From Candidatus Yonathbacteria bacterium RIFCSPHIGHO2_02_FULL_44_14 (lineage in GTDB: Bacteria; Patescibacteriota; Minisyncoccia; Phycocordibacterales; UBA1550): a DNA stretch of 64,000 nucleotides. The notes under the pieces are model-generated. The model ran no database searches. It worked only from the letters and a program-made list of their open reading frames with translations, and had not been told where the DNA came from. Location of the stretch: the NCBI GenBank assembly GCA_001823535.1, contig MHUT01000012.1, positions 355-64,354 of the forward strand. Direction: 5' to 3'. Made by a program: the position numbers and the translations under genes. Shown in pieces: positions 34,813 to 44,635 of the stretch (position 1 is its first letter; the number at the start of each line of letters is the position of its first letter).

Positions 34813-36621
34813 TTACTTCCCTTCCCCGCCACGGACCATTTTCAAAAATACCTCATGTGGAATGTCCACTGTGCCCCGAGCCTGCATCTTTTTCTTTCCC
34901 CGCTTCTGCTTTTCCCATAATTTTTTCTTTCGAGAAATATCTCCACCATATAAATACCCCGTCACATCTTTTTTCATCGCTGTAAGCGAACGCGAGGAAA
35001 TAATACGCCCAAGCCCTTGTCCCTGAATCTTCACATTGAAAAGTTGCCGTGGCAGTATGCCATGAAGCTTTTCCACCATATCTTCTGCTTCTCGCTCGAT
35101 GCGACGACGTGACACGACTTTTGAAAAAGCGGGTACGATCTCCTCGGCAACTAAAATATCGAGACGCGCCACATCCGCCTCACGAAGTCCGGCAAGTTCG
35201 TAAGCAAGAGAAGCAAAACCAGACGAAACACTCTTGAGATCATCAAAAAAATTACGCATGAGCTCACGAAGAGGCATCTCGACCTCGATTACCGTACGAT
35301 TATCACCAAAAAGCTCAGTTGCGCCAACAACAGCTTCGTGTTCGTACAAGAGTGTCATGATTGGACTCACAAAATCAGGTGGCGTGATTATTTTTACTTT
35401 AACCCACTGTTCGAAAATTTTGCTTGTTGAGCCATAGTCGGGGAAAAGATGCGCTGAGTAGATAATTTCGTGTTTTCCATTGTTCCTCATTTCAACCTCA
35501 TAAGTAATCGAGGGAGTTGTGACAATGATTTCAAGGGTGAATTCACGGCGTAGACGCTCAGTCACAATCTCCATATGGAGCATTCCGAGAAATCCGCAGC
35601 GGAAACCTCGCCCGAGGACACCAGATACTTCTTCCTCAAACGACAACGACGAGTCCGAGAGGCATAGAATCTCGAGCGCTTGCCTAAGTGCAGTAAAATC
35701 ATCCGCACTTTCTGGATACACCGAGGCCCACACCACTGGTCGCGGCTTCATATATCCCTCAAGTGGAGCGAGGGTACTCCTTTGGGCCATAATCGTATCT
35801 CCAACGGATGCGATGCCCGGTTTTTTAATCCCCGTCAAAATATATCCAATTTCTCCAGCAGAGATGACCTCGGTATCCACCATGTCGGGATGAAAAATAC
35901 CTACACCTAGAGCGCCAAATTTTTCTCCCGCTTGTGCAAATACAAGCGTATCATTTTTTGAGGCCTTCCCATCAAGCACACGCACATACACAATAATCCC
36001 TTTGTGGCTCGAATAACCAAAGTCAAACACTAGAGCGCGAAGCGGCCCATCTGACCCCTTTTCTGATACTGGTGCCTGAATGCGCTCAATTACTGCGCCG
36101 AGAATTTCTAGCACTCCCTGCCCTGTCTTGCCAGACACCTCAAGCACTTCACTTGGGTCAATATCAAGCAACTTTGCTACTTCTTCTTTCACTTCATGCA
36201 CACGTGCAAGAGGTGAGTCAACTTTTGAAACTGCAGGAATAATCACGAGACCTCCCTCCCGCGCCATAGCAAGCACGGAAAGCGTCTGCGCTTGTACTCC
36301 CTGCGTAGAATCCACGAGGAGGATCGTTCCTTCCACAGCCTTCATAGCGCGTGATACTTCGTAAGCAAAGTCGATGTGCCCCGGTGTGTCGATGAGGTTC
36401 AAAACATATTTCTCACCTTTGTACATGTGCTCCATGCGCACCGGCTGCATCTTAATAGTGATGCCACGTTCTCGTTCGAGCTCCATAGAGTCAAGGACTT
36501 GTTCCTTCATTTTGCGCGCCTCCACTGTGCCCGTCACCTCGAGCATGCGGTCCGCAAGCGTCGACTTGCCGTGGTCAATGTGCGCGATGATAGAAAAGTT
36601 TCGGAGGTGTTTGAGGTCCAT
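34813..36621 (-). CDS. lepA: elongation factor 4 (LepA)
   Basis: NFSIIAHIDHGKSTLADR G1 motif and a full LepA-specific C-terminal domain. Confidence 0.95.
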   Translation of the reverse strand: MDLKHLRNFSIIAHIDHGKSTLADRMLEVTGTVEARKMKEQVLDSMELERERGITIKMQPVRMEHMYKGEKYVLNLIDTPGHIDFAYEVSRAMKAVEGTILLVDSTQGVQAQTLSVLAMAREGGLVIIPAVSKVDSPLARVHEVKEEVAKLLDIDPSEVLEVSGKTGQGVLEILGAVIERIQAPVSEKGSDGPLRALVFDFGYSSHKGIIVYVRVLDGKASKNDTLVFAQAGEKFGALGVGIFHPDMVDTEVISAGEIGYILTGIKKPGIASVGDTIMAQRSTLAPLEGYMKPRPVVWASVYPESADDFTALRQALEILCLSDSSLSFEEEVSGVLGRGFRCGFLGMLHMEIVTERLRREFTLEIIVTTPSITYEVEMRNNGKHEIIYSAHLFPDYGSTSKIFEQWVKVKIITPPDFVSPIMTLLYEHEAVVGATELFGDNRTVIEVEMPLRELMRNFFDDLKSVSSGFASLAYELAGLREADVARLDILVAEEIVPAFSKVVSRRRIEREAEDMVEKLHGILPRQLFNVKIQGQGLGRIISSRSLTAMKKDVTGYLYGGDISRKKKLWEKQKRGKKKMQARGTVDIPHEVFLKMVRGGEGK

Positions 36622-36661
36622 GGGAATAGTTAATAGTTAAATATCAAAATAGTTAATCGAC

Positions 36662-36690
36662 GAGGGCGTTTGCCGAAGGCAAACGCCCTC
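36662..36690 (-). terminator. intrinsic terminator after murJ
   Basis: GAGGGCGTTTGCC-gaa-GGCAAACGCCCTC. Confidence 0.6.
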
Positions 36691-36802
36691 TATTGAATAT
36701 TTACTATTTATTGCCCCACCATACCACAAAACCCTTGAAAATTAAAGGTTTTTATAATTGTTTGTTAACATTGCAGCAATAGAGTTTACACTTTCGACTT
36801 AT

Positions 36803-38479
36803 TTAGATCTCCTCCTTGTCTGGAATCACCACGCCTGACTTCCAGAACTTATGCTTAAGCGCAGTGCGAACATCACGAATCTCTTCGTTACCCATAAGCT
36901 CTAAAATGAGCCACCATGTGAGGATCCCCGCAACCCCGGCCACGAGCCCTTGTATAAAAATACCAAAAAAAGTATCGAGCGAGAGGTATAATCCGAGAAT
37001 TTCCAAAAATTCATATGCGACTAAGCCCGCTATCAGCGCTGAAAATGACCCATGCATAAGTGTGTCCTTCACTGGTGAAAGGAACTTGCCAAATCGACGT
37101 CTGAAGAAATAAATAAGGAGGACTGTATTCAAAAGCATACCCACAGAATATGCGAGGGGCAACATCAGAACTGAAGCGCCAGCGAGCCCCTCAACACGCA
37201 GAAGTGACCCGGTAAAATCTTGCATGAAGGTTGAACTAGTATAAATAGTGAGAAAACTATATCCCGTGACCCCTATCACTACTGCTGATAGTACATTTAC
37301 AAAAAGTGGGATTGAGTTGTTCCCTGTCGCATAAAACCCGCGCACAAAGAGAAGCCCTATGGACTGCGCGACAACTGACACAGTAAATATTGCGAGGCAA
37401 GCTGCGGTTAGTTTGGTTGCATTCCAATCAAATGATCCTGACCCCAAAATAGTGCGTACAATTTGTGCGCGGAGCACGATCATGAGCACCAGTACGGGGA
37501 GCGACCAAAATACTATATGCCGCGCAGCCGCCAATATTTTTTCAAGAAATTTTTTTATATCTTCTTCAGCAAAGTGTTTTGAAAGACCAGGGAACGCCGC
37601 GGTGGCGTAACTAACTCCGATTACCGCAAGAGGTACCGACTGAAGATTGAAAGCAAAATTAAACACCGTAATTGATCCTTGCTGAAGCTTTGCTGCAAAT
37701 GCGACCAGTGCAAAAAGCGCAATTTGGTTTGCGGAGAGACCAATGGTACGAGGCAGAGATACACGTACGACCTCCCAAATGTCCAAGAAGGACGGTACGG
37801 GAGATAGACTCAACGTAAAACCGTTGCGTGAGCTCACAAAGAAATGCACGAAAAAATGAAGGAATGCACCAAGAACAACACCCCACGCGAGTCCGATAAG
37901 CCCGAATGCAGGGTAGAAAAAATATGCGCCTACAATAATACCAATATTGTAGAGCACGGGCGCAAGCGCAAAAGCAAAAAACTTGTGTAGCATTTGTGTC
38001 ACGCTACCGAGCAAATTAGAAAGACCGAGAAGAATTGGGGAAAGGAGGAGGAGGCGAGACATTAAAACAAGCTCGCTGTACGCATCGCCAGTAAATCCAG
38101 GAAATAGCGCGTGGACTAACGTGGGAGCCATGATATATACCCCAATAGACACTGCGATAAGCAATGAAAAAAATACTGTAAAAGTATCATTCAAAAACTT
38201 TTGCGCACGCTCATCACTTTCTCCTGCTTTTTTTGTGAGAATTGGAATTAGGACGAGTGCAGACATAAACGAAGCAATCCCGGCAAATACAAAGTCAGGA
38301 ATACGAAATGCCGCATAGTAAATATCAAGAGTTTGCGAAGCCCCGAACAAATGTGCCAACAATCGATCGCGGAAAAGTGCAAGTATCTGCGAAAGTATTG
38401 CAAAAAGCCCTAGGAGAAATGCAGCTTCGTGGAGTCCGTTCCATTCACGCGAAAAAAGTGAGAGAAGTCTTTTTACCAT
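36803..38479 (-). CDS. murJ: lipid II flippase MurJ (MviN)
   Basis: Polytopic membrane protein. N-terminal LSLFSREWNGL...LFRDRLLAHLFGAS...DIYYAAFRIPDF matches the MurJ N-terminal consensus. ATG at 38479 is chosen so as not to overlap rnpB and its terminator. Candidate promoter TTGCAC, 18-nt spacer, TATACT just upstream. Confidence 0.85.
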   Translation of the reverse strand: MVKRLLSLFSREWNGLHEAAFLLGLFAILSQILALFRDRLLAHLFGASQTLDIYYAAFRIPDFVFAGIASFMSALVLIPILTKKAGESDERAQKFLNDTFTVFFSLLIAVSIGVYIMAPTLVHALFPGFTGDAYSELVLMSRLLLLSPILLGLSNLLGSVTQMLHKFFAFALAPVLYNIGIIVGAYFFYPAFGLIGLAWGVVLGAFLHFFVHFFVSSRNGFTLSLSPVPSFLDIWEVVRVSLPRTIGLSANQIALFALVAFAAKLQQGSITVFNFAFNLQSVPLAVIGVSYATAAFPGLSKHFAEEDIKKFLEKILAAARHIVFWSLPVLVLMIVLRAQIVRTILGSGSFDWNATKLTAACLAIFTVSVVAQSIGLLFVRGFYATGNNSIPLFVNVLSAVVIGVTGYSFLTIYTSSTFMQDFTGSLLRVEGLAGASVLMLPLAYSVGMLLNTVLLIYFFRRRFGKFLSPVKDTLMHGSFSALIAGLVAYEFLEILGLYLSLDTFFGIFIQGLVAGVAGILTWWLILELMGNEEIRDVRTALKHKFWKSGVVIPDKEEI

Positions 38480-38531
38480 AATTATCTTGAGTATACAGTA
38501 GAAGCCGTGCTCTGTGCAAAAATTATACAAT

Positions 38532-38561
38532 GAAGAACCTCGGGTTAAACCGAGGTTCTTC
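38532..38561 (-). terminator. intrinsic terminator at the 3' end of rnpB
   Basis: GAAGAACCTCGG-gttaaa-CCGAGGTTCTTC; on the minus strand a U-rich tract follows. Confidence 0.6.
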
Positions 38562-38564
38562 ATA

Positions 38565-39275
38565 AACTCATATCGATAAGCCGAATTCTGTCCCAGCCCA
38601 TACTGGATGAGCTGAGGATAGTCATTTATCTGGGAGTGCGATTACTCGCACCCTCGAGCGGCACTCCCCCCACCACAATACGCACTACTCGTTCAAACTT
38701 TTTTCTATACGTTTTTTAAGCTCCTCGTAAGCTCCCTTAAACTTTTTCATTCGTAGTTCTCGCGTGCAGGCATCACTTTTATTTGCGTAGGCCTCGTAGT
38801 ACACGAGTTTAAACGGAACTCTATGTTTCGTAGATACATTCTTGCCACTATTGTGCTCAAGAAACCGCCTACGCAAATCAGATGTCTGACCTATGTACAA
38901 TTTGCTATCGACTGAACTTTTTAAAACGTACAAATAATGCATATTGTGGTGGGGGGCACGGCCTTGCACTCAGGTAAGGATTTAGCCGTTTCACCTCTTG
39001 CATTACTACAAGAACTCACCCGCATAAATAAATCTGCGGGTGTCTCTTTCTTTCGTCCGAGACGTCTCTGCTCGCACCTCTGAAATTACTTTCGACGGGC
39101 GTTACCCGCTACCCTTCTCCGAGCATCATTGCTGACACTTGGGAGTGTTCGGACTTTCCTCCCCCCACCAATCTCATCTCCAAACATACTGAGAGGTATT
39201 ATTTTATTTTTAAGCAAAATATCTCCTCTGTCATTTAGAAACAAAATTGGTGGGGGGCGACCATCTGATATGGGT
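38565..39275 (-). ncRNA. rnpB: RNase P RNA (bacterial type) carrying a ~290-nt ORF-containing insertion
   Basis: On the minus strand: P3 helix CCCCCCACCAAU...AUUGGUGGGGGG, then J3/4-P4 AGGAAAGUCCGAAC. Also GGGUAGCGGGUAACGCCCG, GAGGUGAAACGG and GCAAGGCC (P15). P18 is GGGAGUGC...GCACUCCC, followed by AGAUAAAUGACUAUCC and the 3' P4 strand ACAGAAUUCGGCUUAUCG. A -35 TTGCTT / -10 TATAAT promoter ends 7 nt before the predicted 5' end. Confidence 0.75.
38685..38942 (-). CDS. GIY-YIG nuclease domain protein (YhbQ/UPF0213-like, 86 aa) encoded inside the rnpB insertion
   Basis: MHYLYVLKSSVDSKLYIGQTSDLRRRFLEHNSG (GIY...YIG...R...E...N). Same strand as rnpB. Flanked by a perfect 15-bp inverted repeat: CCCCCCACCACAATA at 38666-38680 and TATTGTGGTGGGGGG at 38942-38956. 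Confidence 0.7.
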   Translation of the reverse strand: MHYLYVLKSSVDSKLYIGQTSDLRRRFLEHNSGKNVSTKHRVPFKLVYYEAYANKSDACTRELRMKKFKGAYEELKKRIEKSLNE

Positions 39276-39281
39276 GAGCTT

Positions 39282-39309
39282 ATTATACCACTATTTTGCA
39301 GAAAAGCAA
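39282..39309 (-). promoter_or_regulatory. candidate sigma70-type promoter of rnpB
   Basis: On the minus strand: TTGCTT, 16-nt spacer, TATAAT; TSS predicted at ~39275. Confidence 0.45.
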
Positions 39310-39329
39310 ACATAATGCATGTGCCACGT

Positions 39330-39370
39330 AAAAATCCCCAGCCACTCTAAGGTGGCTGGGGATTTTTTTA
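39330..39370 (-). terminator. intrinsic terminator after the DUF192 gene
   Basis: AAAATCCCCAGCCAC-tctaa-GGTGGCTGGGGATTTT. Confidence 0.65.
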
Positions 39371-39479
39371 GGCTTTATTATTTCTTTGCTGCCTTCTTTG
39401 GCTTCTTTTTTTCCTTGTGTGCGTCTTTGCCTTTTGCCATAATATTTTTTATAAAAAATTATCTTATTCGACCGTCTTC

Positions 39480-39965
39480 TCATTCATTGTATCGCGATGA
39501 TGTTCCAATTTCAAGAATATCTCCATGTTTGAGAGCATGATTAGCAAAATACCCTGTACCCACCTCAAGAACATATTGTGCCGGCACGACCGGGGTATGT
39601 ACTTTAGGATAGGACTCTGGTGTTGCATTCTCCCATACATCCACAATCCTGCGATTCGCATCAAACCAAATAATGTCTATCGGAAACCGCATGTTCTTCA
39701 TCCAAAACCCATAAAACCCAGGGTCTGAAAAAACGAAAAGCATTCCCTTGCTTGAATTAATTTCTTTGTATCCACTTAACCCATTCTCTCGAAGTTCTTT
39801 GGTGTCTGCGATTATTACAGTTATTTCTTTTCCCCCGATAAAGACTTTTGTTTCATTTGCTGTCGGTCTAGATACACCAAACATCACTGCGGCCAAAATA
39901 GCTGCTGCGGTGCTTGCATACAACGCCCCTAAAAGGATTCTGCCGATCAGCGTCGTTTGTTTCAT
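39480..39965 (-). CDS. DUF192 (COG1430) family protein with a signal peptide
   Basis: MLFVFSDPGFYGFWMKNMRFPIDIIWFD is the DUF192 core; N-terminal signal/TM. Confidence 0.75.
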   Translation of the reverse strand: MKQTTLIGRILLGALYASTAAAILAAVMFGVSRPTANETKVFIGGKEITVIIADTKELRENGLSGYKEINSSKGMLFVFSDPGFYGFWMKNMRFPIDIIWFDANRRIVDVWENATPESYPKVHTPVVPAQYVLEVGTGYFANHALKHGDILEIGTSSRYNE

Positions 39966-39973
39966 TCAATAGT

Positions 39974-40963
39974 TTACCTGTTGAAACCTTCCATCGCCTT
40001 CTCGCTATTTTTAATTTCCTCTTCAAGGTCATCGATGTGTAAATCTTTAATGTCTCCAACCTCAAAATCCTCAAGGTCTTCTTTCATTTCATTCGCACTT
40101 TCTTCTACAGCATCCTGTGCTTTTTCAAATACTTTCTTTGCTTGTTTTGAAAATTGCTTCGCGGCTTCAAAATCACCTCGAGCATCTGCTTCTCTGGCTT
40201 TGTTCAAAAAGTCTTGTGAAGCAGCGATAACATCTGGTGGAAGCTGTCCTGCTAACCCTTCAAGTCGCGCTTTGAGGCGCAACGCCTCATCTAAATGCTT
40301 CTGTGCTGACATTTCCTTGCCCATTATCTCCTCAAAAAGTTTTTGTTCGTCCTCTAAATCACCATCAACGTCCTCTTCTTCTTTTGCGGCATCACTCTTT
40401 TCTTTAGTGATTGACTCAAGTGCCTGAGTTAAACCTTTGACCTGTGGGTCTGTTGGAGAAAGTGAATCGAGTTTTGCGCGGATTTCCTCTTCTGCGCGAG
40501 AAGCTTTATCTTTATGTTCTTTGAGAATATTTGTTAATTCTTCACGAATAGCATCGAGCTCATCGTCAAGCTCACGTGCAATATTTGCAACGTCTGAACC
40601 CTTGTCTTTTTCTCCTTTTACAATATCTGCCGCCTGTGCAATGCGCTCATCAAAATTTGTTTTGGCACGGGCAATATTTTCAAGTTTTGCTGATGGGTTT
40701 TTGAGAACTTCACTCATTTCCGCAACACGCTCCTTGGCGTATTCAAAATGCTTGCGAGCTTTATTTTCTTTATTAAACGTAATCGCTATATTGAGCACTT
40801 CACTCCATCGGTCAAGGAAGTAGAAGAAGTCTCCCGGCATGAGGCCTGGGTTTGTAATAGTTATTGTTCCTGTCACTGGCGTAAGATCAGTTGTTGATGT
40901 TTGAGCAAAAGAAACAAACGGCGCCGAGACCAACATAATTCCTGCAACAATAAATTTATTCAT
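39974..40963 (-). CDS. secreted alpha-helical protein (DUF5667-like)
   Basis: Signal peptide MNKFIVAGIMLVSAPFVSFA, then a long charged helical/coiled-coil region. Confidence 0.65.
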   Translation of the reverse strand: MNKFIVAGIMLVSAPFVSFAQTSTTDLTPVTGTITITNPGLMPGDFFYFLDRWSEVLNIAITFNKENKARKHFEYAKERVAEMSEVLKNPSAKLENIARAKTNFDERIAQAADIVKGEKDKGSDVANIARELDDELDAIREELTNILKEHKDKASRAEEEIRAKLDSLSPTDPQVKGLTQALESITKEKSDAAKEEEDVDGDLEDEQKLFEEIMGKEMSAQKHLDEALRLKARLEGLAGQLPPDVIAASQDFLNKAREADARGDFEAAKQFSKQAKKVFEKAQDAVEESANEMKEDLEDFEVGDIKDLHIDDLEEEIKNSEKAMEGFNR

Positions 40964-41071
40964 AGATTTCTATATATTATAAATTAATAAAACGTAACCG
41001 TATTATACCACGTCACGCAACTTATTCACAATAAATGACCGTGCAACAATAAATCCTACACCAAATACAAA

Positions 41072-41112
41072 AGAAAACCCGACTGTCAGCTGACAGTCGG
41101 GTTTTCTTTTGT
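41072..41112 (-). terminator. intrinsic terminator after the RRM-protein gene
   Basis: AAAACCCGACTGTCAG/CTGACAGTCGGGTTTT perfect palindrome plus a T tract. Confidence 0.65.
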
Positions 41113-41121
41113 ATTTTGGGA

Positions 41122-41421
41122 TTAACCCATGCGGCGGTTTCCGCCGCCAAACTCGCGGCGAGGAGCGCGTTCCTCAAGAGGACGTGCTTCGTTTACCGTA
41201 AGTGTGCGACCCTGGAAATCCTTGCCATTCATCTCTTCGATTGCTTTGTCAGCATCCGCATCGTTTGCCATTTCGATGAAACCAAAACCCTTTGAACGAC
41301 CAGTCATCTTGTCGATGATGATTGCCGAAGAAGTAACTTCACCAAATTCTGCAAACACTGCTTTGAGATCATCCTCAGTCGTTGAATAAGGAATCCCCCC
41401 TACATACAATTTCTTTGCCAT
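41122..41421 (-). CDS. RRM-type RNA-binding protein (glycine/arginine-rich tail)
   Basis: RNP2 KLYVGGI, RNP1 KGFGFIEM and a C-terminal REFGGGNRR tail. A tandem TTTTTGCTTAAT repeat sits immediately upstream. Confidence 0.85.
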   Translation of the reverse strand: MAKKLYVGGIPYSTTEDDLKAVFAEFGEVTSSAIIIDKMTGRSKGFGFIEMANDADADKAIEEMNGKDFQGRTLTVNEARPLEERAPRREFGGGNRRMG

Positions 41422-41620
41422 AACTCTTTTTTTGCTTAATTTTTGCTTAATTCTGTGTAAGTGACCCGTTTTCCTCGCCCTCTCACCTCGGCTAGAACCA
41501 AGCAGTCAAGCAAGCACTGAGTGAAAACTCTTACTATATTAGGGTACCATGAGGGCAATAAAAGTACAATATTTTAAAAATTGACTGTGGAAAACTTTTT
41601 GTATAAGTGTGAGGCTTAGT

Positions 41621-41652
41621 AAAAAACGCCTATTGAGATAGGCGTTTTTTTT
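41621..41652 (-). terminator. intrinsic terminator after gene 41668-42153
   Basis: AAAAAACGCCTA-ttgaga-TAGGCGTTTTTTTT. Confidence 0.65.
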
Positions 41653-41667
41653 GCGCGTTGTGCGCAA

Positions 41668-42153
41668 TTAAACAGTAGGGGTAAAAACAGGCTCCCCTCT
41701 TTCCATGACCGCCAATACTAAACTTTTGGCGGTAGGAATCAAGAATATTCGCCCGTCGGGGAGCTTTTCTTCTTTAAAGCCATTTGGCGGGTAGAACGTT
41801 GAGCCTATTCCAGCAATGTATTCTTCTCCTGTGTTGAGATCCCTTAAGGATAAGACAAACTGGGTTCCGTGAGTCAAAAATGTCTTACTGAAGACTTGAT
41901 ACCCAGTATCGAGATCAAGGTCGCGTAGGATACGGTTCCTTTTATTCTGCCTGTCATGTCGCGACAAGAGCAATGCTCCGGACCAAACAAAAGCCATCAG
42001 ACCTAACATAAAAACCGCTAAAGATTCTGCCGAGAGGCCGTTTTTTGTTGCAAGTAAATATCCACTCGCGCCAATAAGTCCAACCGTTCCAGTACTCATC
42101 AAGAATAATTTCTTAAGCATTTTTATCTCCCCAAAAATTGTTGAAATGTGCAT
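41668..42153 (-). CDS. hypothetical membrane protein (2 N-terminal TM plus a soluble domain)
   Basis: Clean ORF; no motif recognised. Confidence 0.5.
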   Translation of the reverse strand: MHISTIFGEIKMLKKLFLMSTGTVGLIGASGYLLATKNGLSAESLAVFMLGLMAFVWSGALLLSRHDRQNKRNRILRDLDLDTGYQVFSKTFLTHGTQFVLSLRDLNTGEEYIAGIGSTFYPPNGFKEEKLPDGRIFLIPTAKSLVLAVMERGEPVFTPTV

Positions 42154-42211
42154 CTATAAACCAAGATAAATGATAACAAGGATTTTGATTTTTGTCAATT
42201 TTTGCGAGCAT

Positions 42212-42253
42212 AAACTAAGTCCCTTCATTCATGCGAATGAAGGGACTTAGTTT
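42212..42253 (-). terminator. intrinsic terminator after typA
   Basis: AAACTAAGTCCCTTCATTC-atgc-GAATGAAGGGACTTAGTTT (19-bp stem). Confidence 0.65.
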
Positions 42254-42257
42254 AGTT

Positions 42258-44042
42258 TTAATTCTTCCTAAATGCTTTCACCCGATCTGCATCGGTCAAA
42301 AATTGCTTGCGGAGACGCACTGACTTTGGAGTAATCTCCAAATATTCCTCCTCTGTCATCGTTTCAAGACCACGCTCAATAGTGAGATCAAAAGGAGGAG
42401 TAAGAGTAATCGCCTCATCAGTACCCGATGAACGCATATTCGACAACTGCTTCCCTTTTGTAGGATTCACTGTCATCTCGTCGCCCTTTGATGTGTTGCC
42501 AATAACCTGACCTTCATACACCTCCACAGCGGGGCCGATGTAAAGTGTCCCGCGATCCTGAAGATTGTAAAGCGAGAAACCAAGCGCCTTGCCTGATGCC
42601 ATCGAAGTCATTGACCCTGCCGCGCGTTTCACAATCTCGCCCGCATGTTCACGGAATTCAATAAAACGGCTCGAGAGAATCCCGTCTCCTTTTGTGTCCA
42701 CTACGAACTGTCCGCGGTAGCCGAGAAGTCCGCGCGTAGGAATATCAAAAGTAAGGCGTGTGATGCCGTTTTCCTCTTTCATATTGGTCATCATGCCTTT
42801 GCGCTTGTTAATCTTTTCGATTACACCACCAGAAAGCTCGGATGGCACGTCAATAATGAGCTCCTCGTATGGTTCAAGTTTGACACTGTTCTCCTCTTTA
42901 ATAATAACCTGCGGTTGTGATACCTGAAGCTCAAAACCTTCGCGGCGCATTTGTTCGAGAAGAATGGAAATGTGCATTTCTCCACGCCCATACACCTTGA
43001 ATGAATCCATCGCGGAGAAATCCACACGGAGACCTACATTCACCTCAAGCTCGCGCTCGAGACGGTCACGAATCTGACGAATGGTCACAAACTTTCCTTC
43101 ACGTCCTGCGAATGGTGAGTCGTTTACAAAAAAATTGAGGGAGATTGTTGGCTCATCCACTTTGATAGCGGGGAGTGTTTCTTGATCTACCGTCTTGCAA
43201 AGAGTCTCACCAATGTAAACATCTGGAAGCCCTGCAACCATCACAATATCACCAGCCACAGCCTCTTCGACTTCTTTACGTTCTGTACCTTCAAACGTGC
43301 AGAGCTTTGTAATTCTCCCAGGGCGTGAGCTACCATCGATATTTTTGATAATGATACTCTCTCCGGCATGAAGAGTTCCCTCGTAAATACGGCCGATAGC
43401 AAGACGTCCGAGGAAATTATCGTACCCAAGGTTAAATGGTTGCATACGCACCGGCGCATGAATATCAGTTTTTACTGCGGGCACTTTTTCCAAAATGACA
43501 TCGAGGAGTGGATTAAGGTCTTTCGAATCCTCTTCAAGAGTGCGCTTTGCAATACCCTGACGACCAATAGCATACACGGTTGTAAAGTCGAGCTGCTCGT
43601 CTGTTGCGCCAAGTTCAAAGAAAAGCTCAAATACTTCATCGTGTACCTCCTTTGGACGTGCCGCAGGCTTATCAATCTTGTTCAAGACAACAATTGGCTT
43701 TAAACCGAGCTCAAGAGACTTTTTGAGCACGAAACGTGTCTGAGGCATCGGACCCTCCTGCGCGTCAACAAGGAGGAGCACAGTGTCGATTGAGCGAAGT
43801 ACGCGCTCAACCTCGGATCCGAAATCCGCGTGGCCAGGTGTGTCCACAATATTTATTTTTGTACCTTTGTAAAAAACAGAGGTATTTTTAGCATAAATAG
43901 TGATACCACGTTCGAGCTCAAGAGCATTTGAGTCCATAGTTACACCCTCTTTTGTCATTCCAGTCTGGCGCATCAAAGCGTCAGTCAAGGTTGTCTTGCC
44001 GTGGTCAACGTGGGCGATAATCGCAATATTTCTGATTTCCAT
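42258..44042 (-). CDS. typA: translational GTPase TypA/BipA
   Basis: [20 protein letters not shown]1 motif, an EF-G-like domain order and a BipA C-terminal domain. Confidence 0.95.
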   Translation of the reverse strand: MEIRNIAIIAHVDHGKTTLTDALMRQTGMTKEGVTMDSNALELERGITIYAKNTSVFYKGTKINIVDTPGHADFGSEVERVLRSIDTVLLLVDAQEGPMPQTRFVLKKSLELGLKPIVVLNKIDKPAARPKEVHDEVFELFFELGATDEQLDFTTVYAIGRQGIAKRTLEEDSKDLNPLLDVILEKVPAVKTDIHAPVRMQPFNLGYDNFLGRLAIGRIYEGTLHAGESIIIKNIDGSSRPGRITKLCTFEGTERKEVEEAVAGDIVMVAGLPDVYIGETLCKTVDQETLPAIKVDEPTISLNFFVNDSPFAGREGKFVTIRQIRDRLERELEVNVGLRVDFSAMDSFKVYGRGEMHISILLEQMRREGFELQVSQPQVIIKEENSVKLEPYEELIIDVPSELSGGVIEKINKRKGMMTNMKEENGITRLTFDIPTRGLLGYRGQFVVDTKGDGILSSRFIEFREHAGEIVKRAAGSMTSMASGKALGFSLYNLQDRGTLYIGPAVEVYEGQVIGNTSKGDEMTVNPTKGKQLSNMRSSGTDEAITLTPPFDLTIERGLETMTEEEYLEITPKSVRLRKQFLTDADRVKAFRKN

Positions 44043-44132
44043 GCTATTTCTGGGGTGTTTTTAAACAAAAAATCCGCTCTCGCGGGGCTTATATACCTGT
44101 AATCATACCAAAAAAGCCTTTGTAAGTCAACG

Positions 44133-44627
44133 ATGCGCTGGTACAATGAAGATATGAAACGAGCTTTTATCTTTCTTGTTGTCGTTTACTTTCTATCCGC
44201 ATTCGGTGTGTTGGTATTCTTTTTAAAAAACACGGGCGCAAATGCAACACTCACACAAGAACTTAATGCGACAAAAACTGAACTTGCGTCGGTAAAAACT
44301 ACTCTCGATACAGAAAAAACATCTCGCGAAGCATTGGAGAAAAAAATTGTTGCCGCCCGCGCAAACGCATTATTTCTCTCTCTCGCCTTCTGCCCCACTC
44401 TCGAAGCGACCAACAAAGATGCGCCCTGTATAAAAAATAGCACTGAGTGGCTTTCACAAACAATAATTGCAGGAACGGCGCTCACTGACACTGTGGCAAA
44501 AACAAAAATGGAGGCGCTTCTTATTGCGCTTGGTGGGAAAACAAAACCAACCGCAAAGCAACTTTACGAAATGTTGAAGCCAATTGAAGTTGAGTCACTA
44601 AGAGCGCTTACAGAGACTCTTAAATGA
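44133..44627 (+). CDS. hypothetical membrane-anchored coiled-coil protein
   Basis: N-terminal TM followed by a helical region; no motif recognised. Confidence 0.5.
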   Translation: MRWYNEDMKRAFIFLVVVYFLSAFGVLVFFLKNTGANATLTQELNATKTELASVKTTLDTEKTSREALEKKIVAARANALFLSLAFCPTLEATNKDAPCIKNSTEWLSQTIIAGTALTDTVAKTKMEALLIALGGKTKPTAKQLYEMLKPIEVESLRALTETLK

Positions 44628-44635
44628 TTCAATTT

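Noticed and set aside
36816-38318. Several 60-110-aa ORFs antisense to or embedded in murJ
   Set aside because: All lie within the well-supported MurJ coding region on the opposite strand or an alternate frame; they are typical shadow ORFs.
39381-39444. Tiny lysine-rich ORF MAKGKDAHKEKKKPKKAAKK on the minus strand upstream of the DUF192 gene
   Set aside because: 20 codons with no RBS. It lies in an A/T-rich promoter region and is most likely chance.
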